The translations under genes were made by a program, and so were the position numbers. A DNA stretch of 42,560 bases from Fimicolochytrium jonesii (Eukaryota): NCBI RefSeq assembly GCF_025526975.1, contig NW_026515695.1, positions 372,001-414,560 of the forward strand. Reading direction: 5' to 3'. Under the pieces are notes generated by a model. It did not search any database. It saw only the letters and a list, made by a program, of their open reading frames with translations, and was not told the DNA's origin. Positions 33,555 to 42,560 of the stretch are shown in pieces (position 1 is the first letter of the stretch; each line of letters opens with the position of its first letter).

Positions 33555-34219
33555 AGGGGGTGGGGTTAGGCGTAGGCTATGTGTGTTGGATGGACTGGGG
33601 GGGGGGGGGGGTGCTATGGACGGTTACGGAGCATAATGCAAACATCTGCGTGGGAGTTGGGTGCTGCAGATCTAAGAAGCGGACAGACGAAATTGACGGA
33701 ATGTGACAGCGCGTCGGTGTGCGTACCCGTCATTTCGTTCACCAGAATGTTGTATGGCGCTCACCGCATTCCCACGAAACGCAAGGACGGGCATCTGACC
33801 GGTCAGCCTTGAAATCTTTGTTCTCATGCGATGGTCTGTTCTGTTCCATATAATGTTGTGTGTACACGGCCGTTTTGTTCTCGGATGCCACTGACCGCAT
33901 CCCCCGGGAGACGTACTGGCGAAAGACGGCGTCTGGCCAGTCAGTCCTGAGCCTCATGCAATGGGCGTTATGCTCACGTATAACGAACGACTGGGCAATC
34001 AGACTGCACGGCCCGGGCTGCCCGCAAGCACACTAATATTCCCCAGAATACATATGGTTGGATCCTTGGTTGGATCAATGCAACACAAGTCTCCCGCCAA
34101 ACGCAAGGACTGAGTTATGAGTATATGCACTTGTAAGGTTCTTAATCAACAGCATCGGCGAACATAATATGAAAAGGCGTCGAACGAAGGCTTCCTTTGT
34201 CTTTAGAATGTAACGCGGC

Positions 34220-37200
34220 TTATGGGGCATCAGTCGGTGATTCAGTATCTTTTGCAGACTCAAAGGTAGGACCGGAAGGTGCGTCGTGATAAACTTCTGA
34301 GAGACTCTCAGATGAAGCGCTGCGAGGACCCTCGGACGTATCCTCAGGAGGCGCAAGACCTTCTTCAGTGCGAGTTGGGGGATCGTTGCTCGCAGAAGGC
34401 CCATCGGTCTGCGGAGAGGTGGAGACCTGTGGTACTGCTGACACTTCCGTCGCCTCGTTCGGAGTGTTCGTGCCTGTTGACGCACCTCCAGATCCCACCG
34501 ACGCTTCCAGCAGTCTATGGATGTCGTCCACTCTAGAGAGTAACGCTTCGCTTCCGTTCGCACTTATCCGAAGCCTGGACACTACCTCCGCTAATTGGTC
34601 CGCGATCCGAGTCGCTTCTGCCAATAGAGTGGGGTTTTCTGTGGATACTGAGCTTGGAGCAGGTGGCGGTCCGGAGGTCGGTGCACGGGGCGACGTCTGG
34701 GTGGTACTCGTTGTAGACGAAGATGCGAGGTTAGGCCTCACGGGACCAAAAGGCGTTGCTGCGGGCCGGGTTGATCTCTGTCCAAATGCTGTAGACCCAA
34801 AACCTCCTCCGTAGCCTGTTACCCCCGCAGCAGTGCCTGTCTCGCAGCGGTTTCGTTCCAACTCGTAATCTCTCCACCTAAGTTCCTAAACGAGGTGAGG
34901 GAAGAGGTACGTGATCAGAAGTCAACAGTAGGCGCATGTCGGACTGCTATTACCTCGTGCGACCAATTTTGGTAATCGTGCATGGTAGATATGTTATAGA
35001 TCTTGCAAGGTTCATGCTGAGGATTAACTTTTGCATATTCCTTCTCTACGGGTGCCTGAAACCGTGGGAATGCTGTTCCGTTATTTACATGTGCCGTGGT
35101 CATCAGAAACGGGGAGGGACCAAACGTTGTCCCTCTGTTCGCGCCAAAATCCACCGGCGTAGGAGTCGCAATCTGATTGGACCCTTGTGTCCCTCCAGAT
35201 GCTGACGTGGGGGACGGAACGGAGGGGCCAGAAGCGGGTGCTCGTTGGGCTGTTCCACTAGATGAGGATGGTGCAGTAGTCACGAAACTGCCAAATGGTG
35301 CCGTGCTGGACCCTCTCAGGCCGAAAGCTCCGGACGGCGTAGGTATTGCTCCACTAGAAGTAGAGGAAGTACTAGATGAAACGCCCCCAAATGGCCCGGT
35401 GCCCACTCCGAAACCTCCGAACGGCGGAGGGGTTGTTCCACGAGATGTAGAGACAGTACTAGACACAACACCGCCAAATGACGCCGTGCTTGGCTGTCCC
35501 ACTCCGAAGCCTCCGAACGGCGGAGGCGTTGTTCCACGAGACGTAGAGGCAGGACTAGATAAAACAGCGCCGAAACCTCGGAATGGCGTAGGTGCAAAGG
35601 AGAAACTAAATACTTGAGGGGCAGCGGACGACGCGGCAGGCGTGGACGCTGAAGGGGGTTGAAGATGCACAGAGGATTCAGGTGAAGATGATGCCGCGCC
35701 ACTTGTTGTCGTGGTCTGAAATCCGAAACCACCGACCGATGTAGTTGTGGGAGTAGAACGCAGAGTAGACTCCTGGGAAGGGGCAGACGGCGTCACATTG
35801 ACAGAGGCGGGGGCTGGGTCGGGTTTCCCAAATGGCCTCCCTGCGGGGATCGGCCGGATAGCAGGTGACGCACTTCCGGACGCAGAAGCAGAAGCGGTTC
35901 TGCCGAAAGTCGGCGTGCTGGGCGCTCTGGAGGACGAGTTGCCTCTCCCGGATGCAGGAGGTGTGAAACCGGAATTCGGCACTTTGCGCGCGCCAGACAC
36001 CGAATTGGCTCCTCCTGGTGCAGTAGCAGATGTGGTCCCTCCAAACGAGAAGTTGGCTCTGCCGGATACAGTACCAGATGTGGTTCCGCCGGAATTCGGA
36101 ACAACCTGTGCTTCGAATAAAGAAATTGGGCCTCCGGATGCTCTATTGGAACTGGTTGCGCTAGAGTTCAGCCCTCCGAACAACGTCGGTGGAACAGTGG
36201 ATGCAGCTCCTGATGCCGGCCTAAAGGAGGGGACCCCGAACGTCGGTCTTTCGTTGGCGCCGAGGGCCACTGACGCGGCGGCGAGAGGAGCGATTGGAGT
36301 GGAAGTCAGACCGAACCCTATTGCCGACCTTGTACCCGAGTCGGATCCGGATACCGGCTCAGAAGAAGAGGTGGGGAGATCACTGACGTTCGGTAAATCA
36401 CCCCGTACGCTCACTCCGCCTTTCAGAACATCGTCGAGGCTTTTGGTAGCTCTTTTGAAGTCCTCGAAAGGATTGTTTTCCCGACTCGACCACCCCTCGC
36501 TCACACTTGGGATGTCAGCACACCGTGCTGAAGCCGATACGTAACGAGTCGCAAACTCGCTGGGTCCCATTCCCCGTTCGATGATTCGATCGAGTGCATC
36601 GATGAATCCTCCCACATAAATGCCTTGACATCCCTCGCTCAGTGAAGGAGGAAGCTTCCAATTTGCATACATCCTAAAAGAGGAGCGGGTTATTGCGTCC
36701 CAGATTTTCGGATGGCAAAGACGCACACTCGAGGCTTTGAACCATGCGCTGCTCACGTGAGAGACAGGGTGCGATACTGTAATTGTGGGTGATCTCTCGC
36801 CCTTGAGGGCATGCTTGTGCACCTTGGCCCACACCGCCATCTCCGGGTGTTCAGCAAATACCCGCGTCACCGTGTCATGCAGGCCCCCATAGAAGGGAGC
36901 AAGCGGAACAGGTATACCACGCCTTCGCATACTTCGGATGTCCGCTACTTCTGCGTACGGTCTGACGACTTCTTCCCACGAACCCAGATCGATTTGCTCG
37001 TTCAGCGTTGCTCTGAGGGTCCGCTCTATGGAGCCAATCCGCGACATGAAATCGCGGCAAGAGGATGTGTTCATTAACTTAAAACTTAAGATACAGTACG
37101 ATTGCCTTTCTGAGTCTCCATATGCCCCACAGAATGGATCTGTTCTGCGGAGGCTTGCAAATGCCAGATTTATAATAGACATCATCCTGCCCCGTTTCTT

Positions 37201-37858
37201 CAAAGGCATACGCAATCTCTATTGCCGCTTCGGTGGAAATGGGTTCAGAGAGAGTTTTGAACCTCCGTTCCGCAGCACACCTTTCGCATTCGTCAGGCTG
37301 GCATTCCGTCCGTTTGAGGGTTCCTCCGTGACAAGATTCCGCGATTTCGCGGAATTCTCTGGAAAGCCAATCGCCTTGGGATTCAGTGTCCGCAACATCA
37401 TATACAGCCTTGTAATGGATATCATGCTCCGGTAGCGTCCTCAAGGCCTGAACGCAGCTGTGTATAGGATCAGTGGATATCATCGAAAGCAGGCTTCGCA
37501 CGGTGCTGGCAGTCTTGGCGTGTGCGGCATCGAACAACGCAGTTTTCTCGTCCCCGGCACAGGATATCCGGGCCAGACGGGCCACGGCGATCTGCAATAG
37601 AGACAGGTCTGTGCCGCTAGCGCCAACGGTGAGCTTGTGACCATCTCGTGTGTCGGCCTGAAAGCATACCGCTACCTGCTGCCACCGCCCGGAAAGGCTG
37701 TCGTATAGCATCCACGATAAGAAAACGGCGAGGCAGTCCGAAAGAGCCTCGAAAGGTCGCACGGGCCTGGCCCCGTCTGACTCCACATCGTCAGACTCCA
37801 CAAGCCGGGCAGCCAGGAAAGCCCTCCTGTGTATCGAGAGCACTGCCAAAGGATCCAT
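34220..37858 (-). CDS. Large protein: putative OTT_1508-like deaminase-type fold + FG-rich low-complexity region + Nup98-type GLEBS motif (one unresolved frame break)
   Basis: ORFs 37858-37079 and 37215-34954 overlap in different frames; phase-0 intron 34953-34886. Motifs: HPEMAVW...TITVSHPVSHVS...MYANWKLP; many FG/PFG/FSF repeats; NNGTAFPRFQAPVEKE...IYNISTMHDYQNWSHE-ELRWRDY. Confidence 0.65.
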
Positions 37859-38160
37859 CCCTGTTCCGATCCTGTTCGGACAGTGAGCTTTAAGAAAATG
37901 GCACAAAACCGAAGTGAAAATACAACGCTGCCGCTTGAATTTGCCTCCTCATCACGGCGGGCGGCGTTCTACTGGAGCGGCGTTCCTGAGCTCGTTCTCT
38001 TATGGTTCAAAGGGTTTATCCCCGAACGAACGACGCGACGAAGAAGGTTACGCTTAGTTTTTCAAAGACTTTCGAACCCTCGTTGGACAAATCACTGGTA
38101 CAGCTGCGACAAAGCTACTAAGAAGCGGGCCGTCGCCGTCGACCCGTTGCTTGTCGTGTG

Positions 38161-38659
38161 AGGAGACATTCCTGCCATGGGAGTGCATGCTTTACGAAGC
38201 GAAAAACGTGGCCGTCCGGCGGCAAACGAACCCGACTTGACAGACCAAGGTGATAGGAGATCATGAGCACGGGTCGTCCTTCATCTTTTCGGGAGAACAA
38301 CATTTGCGTTGAGAATGAGCCCCCCCATGCTTCATGCCGGATCGTGGAGGGGTTCTCGGATGGGCAGAGGGTTCCCATGGACCCGATGTCGAAACTGAGA
38401 TAGGGCCAGCATCTCAAACAAGCTCTTTGGATTGCAACATGCCCTCCAACAAGCTCTTTTTGTGGAGTCTGAGCAAAAGGACAAGGCTACGCCCTTTTTG
38501 TTGATGAGGGAATTTGCAGACCGCTGTGCGGCATCGGACATCGGGCAACCAAGCGTCAGAAGGGAAGACTGACAGATTACGACAGCGCGTCGCAAGGAGA
38601 CATTCCGAGGCATGCTTTATGAAACGAAAAACATGGCCGTCGTGACTTGACAGACCAAG
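38161..38659 (+). repeat. Gapped direct repeat (two copies, ~38161-38249 and ~38596-38659)
   Basis: Shared blocks AGGAGACATTCC / GCATGCTTTAYGAARCGAAAAACRTGGCCGTC / GACTTGACAGACCAAG. Confidence 0.8.
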
Positions 38660-41035
38660 TTCACTGCGAGATTACGCTGCGCTCACTCCAGATTCCTCGG
38701 AGCGGCCGCGCAATGAGGACAAGGATCAATTATTCCAGTGAACGATGCTCATATAAAGTTCCCACTGTAACATGGCATTCGCTGTTGCGCGGAAAGCAAT
38801 GTACATAATGGCATTCTTGGAAATCGATCGATGGTTTTGCGTTGCCACCCAGTCATTTCCGCGCTCCACATCCTGAAGCAAAACGGCCTGATGCGGTGCC
38901 ATTGCTCGGTCTTGAAGACGAGATTGGCCCTCTGTGCGTTGCTGGCGTTCAGCATGGTGAGCCCGTGGCTCTTCGTGCAGACAACCATGCCACTTTTGCT
39001 CAGCCCCGGTGCAGTAAAGAACAGCCAAACACGTTAAAACATTTAGCTAGAAATCCAAAGACAAGTTCTGATCACCTTCGTGAGTGCTTACCAGGGGCGT
39101 TCTTCAACTCTACAAGTGTGCTTAACTGTAGACACTTAGGCATTGTTGGCCAGCTGGCGAGCGTTGTTTGCGTTTAGTATACAGCTCATGGGATTGCAAA
39201 TGCATAGCGAGCCAAGCGAGCCTGGTAGTCTATTCTGTTGAAGTGCCAGGGTATTTTCTGGTTGTATGCTATTCAATAGCGGGCTCAGCGCTTCGGGAGC
39301 GGGAGTGTGCTGCAGAAAAGGACGGGTAAGAGTTTCGGAGCTTTGCCATTAACTGCTCTTGCTTGAAAGCCGCCTTGAGCATCGCCAACCGATGGGCGTT
39401 GTCTGCCAGCGCCAGCTGGTGGGCGTTGTTTGCGTTCAGCACGGCGAGCTCGCTGGAGACGAGGATCAGGGCGAGGATGGGTTGCGCGCGCGGCTTTGAA
39501 ACTGCAAGAACGTGGCGAGCGGCGCAGCTTCGTCAAAGGCTGCGTGGAAAAAACGAGGTGGCATTTTGACCATTAAGCAGGGGGTTTCCCAAAACGCGAT
39601 ATCTGATCTGCATGTGGGCGAGCAAGCCATCGCTAGTGCAAGCCTTACTTACCAGGTGCGGTCTTGGACTCGACCAGGATGCTCAACGCAACAACACTTG
39701 GCGCGAGATAGTCATTGGGATTGAACATGGTGGGCCTCCCCGTGACTCTCGCAATTCTAGTCACCACCCCTACTGACAACCGGCGCCGGTAACTGCGGGA
39801 AGGCACGGTGGCGAGGAAAGAATGGCGTTGGACTAGGTGGAGCCGAGTGCTGAACCGTACTCCCCGGACAGCAGAGAGAGGTAGGGACTCGAGTTCGGGA
39901 CCATGTTTCCGGCTTCGTTGACGGCTAGACGAAGGTGCTCCACGACGGTTTGCAGGTCATGGGAGTTGATGCCTTGGGTGCTTGGAACGCCGACCAGGGC
40001 GGAGAGTCGCGCGGGATATATGCTTCGGTGGAAAGTCCACTAAGATGTCTACGCACCGCTCGATGTCCTCCGCACGCTTTCCACCCAGGCGACGAGGGTC
40101 AGTGAATATGTTCCACCCCAGTGTTCAAGTCTAAGGCGTGTTCCGGCGTCTGTTGCGCCCCGCTTTGTCGAGCCACGTAGCCATCTGAGGTGAAGCCAGG
40201 GGACAGTGTCTACCGGTTTCGAGATGCATTCAATATTCTTCCAAAAGTGGAGTACATGCTGAGGGTACGGCGCACCGTAAGCATTTGCTGATGTGATGTC
40301 TGACTCCCACTACAATCCAGCTTGACTTCATTCCCCGTTCGGACATCCCAGGGGTCGATTTGGATTTTTCGTCAGTCACTGTCATCATCGATCTCTCTCA
40401 TTCAGCTATATTCGGCCTAAAACGTATCATTTTGGATGTCCGCAACCTGACTGGAGGAAAGTTCTCCCTGTTGTTTTACAGCATTGTTAGTAGATCTCAA
40501 CGTGTGTCACTCTGGCCGGTGTGTTTGGCCATGCGTTACGTGTGGATGAGGGAGGGAGCCGAGCCACGACCCCACCTGACAGGATCGACAGTCAATCCAA
40601 GGACCGACTGACAGTTATCGAAGCAATCATGGCGCACGAACGACCTTTCCTCTTGCTCCCTTTTCTCCTCCCTTCAGTACTATGCTCCCTTGTTCGCAAC
40701 ACATCTGATTGCATACATATCCCAAACGTCTGACCACCCCAAACGTCATGTCAACAAACGCCACCCAACCCCACGCTTCCCCAACCAACTTAACGGAAGA
40801 TCGCTCCACTGTTGCACGCCTCCCGCAGAATATCCGCCCGAAAGATGCCCCAACCGCATTCACGCCGCCATAAGAAGGCGCTAGTCCGGCACCGGTCCGC
40901 TTGGCAAGACGTCTGCTGCTCGATAACATGACTGCGGCGCTGGTGCGCATTTATTGGTCCCAACCACGAAGCTGCACACGTCTACCACTCGTTCGATTTC
41001 ATCGCCAAATATCCGTTTCCGCCATCCACAAAACC

Positions 41036-42180
41036 ATGAAGCCAGAAGGAACTTCGTTGACATCTGCGATCAAAGACAGCAGGCCTATCAAGGCCGTTGC
41101 AAACGCCTTGGGGGCCAATCCTAGACCAACCCAGAGAATGTCTACGTTCGACCAAGTGAACGAGGGCCCGCCGTCAATTGCGCGATGTGCCGAGTGGTCC
41201 CGCGCCGTGGAGGAAGCCTGAATCCTTCGTAATCTTCATTCGATCACACTCACACCCTCTCTTTCCCGCACAGTCAATGGCCAAGGATGACAGCCCGTAC
41301 GTAACATCCGCCTTCGGTCAACCTGTTCCAACCGTCACCCATTCGCTCCAGATTGGAGGTTATCCCGTATCTTCTGACGTTCATCTTTTCGAAAAGCAGC
41401 AAACGTTCAATCGGGCCAAAGCCCTCGAGCGTATGGTCCATCCTAGCGGCTCGGGAGCGTTCGGCTACTTCGAAACAACCACCGACGAAGCTGGGAAGTT
41501 GAGCAAGGCTATGTTCCTTCAGGGGGTAGGCAAGAACACCCCCGTTTTCACACGCTTTTCTACGGTGACTGTCGGAAAGGAGTTTCCGGACTCGTGTCGG
41601 AACCCGAGGGGGTTTGCGGTGAAGTTTTACACCGAGGGAGGGAATGTAAGTGATTATTTTGCGGTTCCGCTGAAGGTGTCATGTATCCAGCCTACTCATG
41701 GCCGCCGTTATTCGCAGTAAGACCTGGTCGGTTTGAACTGGCCAGTGTTTTTCGTCCGCGATCCCATGCAGGGCCGGACGTCATTCGATCCCAACAACGC
41801 AACCCTCGCAACTTCCTGATCGACTACGATTCTTGGTACGACTTCCTTGCCAACGTTCCGGAGAGTATGCACGCCGGAACGATGCTCATGTCTGACCACG
41901 GCACTCCCGTCGGCTGGAGATTCATGGATGGGTTCGGTTGCCACACTTTCAAATGGGTCAACGCAAGCGGTGCACAGACGTTCGTCAAGTATCACTGGCT
42001 CTCGGAGCAGCCAAGAAGCATTGCATGAGACGAGGCTGTTCGTATGTGCGGTGAAGACCCAGACTTTGCAAAGTAAGTTTGGTCGCCTGCGAAGTTTTAC
42101 CTGGACTGTTCTTTGAAGATGTCCTGATCATCAGCATTTTCCCTGGAGAGACTTGTACAACCACATCGCCTGAGGGGGCA
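41036..42180 (+). pseudogene. Monofunctional heme catalase pseudogene, 3'-truncated
   Basis: FNRAKALERMVHPSGSGAFGYFE, RFSTV, RNPRGFAVKFYTEGGN | intron 41646-41717 | *DLVGLNWPVFFVRDP, MDGFGCHTFKWVN, VKYHW, GEDPDFA. Premature TAA 41718-41720, frameshift ~41773, TGA 42026-42028; homology lost after ~42180. Confidence 0.9.
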
Positions 42181-42560
42181 CGGCCTCTTTCTATGATGTT
42201 ATAGTGTGCAAAACGAATGTCACCCTTTACACACTCAATCTGATCCTAGGGGCTAATTACACCTCGATATCACACCATGCGTTGCGGCAATAGCTGCTGT
42301 GAGACGAGTGTTTGCTTGGGTATGAAGATCCGACAACTCCAATATGCGATCGATGATCTCACGTGGAAGTCGAGCTATAGAAGGGACTTCGGAAGGTGTC
42401 ATGCCGTTAGGTGAGAAAACTGGAGATAGGAAAGGACTGCTGCCTGACAGACGGTAGTTGGAGCACCAAAATCGAGAGTCTCACCACTCCCTCACCAGTC
42501 CTTTATGTATATATATATGGACCGTCAGTATGTCAGAACGCGGCGCTCAGGTGCTCAAGA

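Noticed and set aside
37092..37098. TACAGTA footprint as the cause of the frame break
   Set aside because: Removing 5 nt gives an immediate TAA and does not restore the frame.
34220..37858. Calling the gene NUP98/NUP145
   Set aside because: No GLFG array, autoproteolytic domain or Nup96 part is visible, and it has an unrelated N-terminal domain.
1..42560. CRISPR arrays, tRNA or rRNA genes
   Set aside because: None recognised by eye; tRNAscan-SE or Infernal would be needed to exclude small RNA genes.

Overview
Eukaryotic, intron-containing DNA (GT-AG introns of about 50-260 nt), most consistent with a fungus. An early-diverging, chytrid-like fungus is plausible but inferred only from gene content. 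Left part (1-8 kb, 13-18 kb): accessory DNA with two decayed Merlin (IS1595-like) transposase copies, a half Tc1/mariner element, three PD-(D/E)xK-nuclease+kinase-type genes (one intact, two broken), long hairpins, and a J-domain/cyclophilin-like gene between 62-bp direct repeats. Housekeeping-type genes: a PHD-finger protein, SFM1, a DUF2062 protein, NAD(P)HX epimerase (with a 6-nt micro-exon) and an UNC-93-like membrane protein. At 24-33.6 kb is a run of enzymes, three of them bacterial-looking: an intronless fusion of a flavin reductase with a DszA/NtaA-type luciferase-like monooxygenase, an intronless GNAT acetyltransferase and a DUF885 protein, followed by an FAD monooxygenase. At 34.2-37.9 kb is a gene joining an OTT_1508-like deaminase-type fold to FG-rich repeats and a Nup98-type GLEBS motif. 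The window ends with a catalase pseudogene. All family calls are motif recognition by eye; no searches were run.
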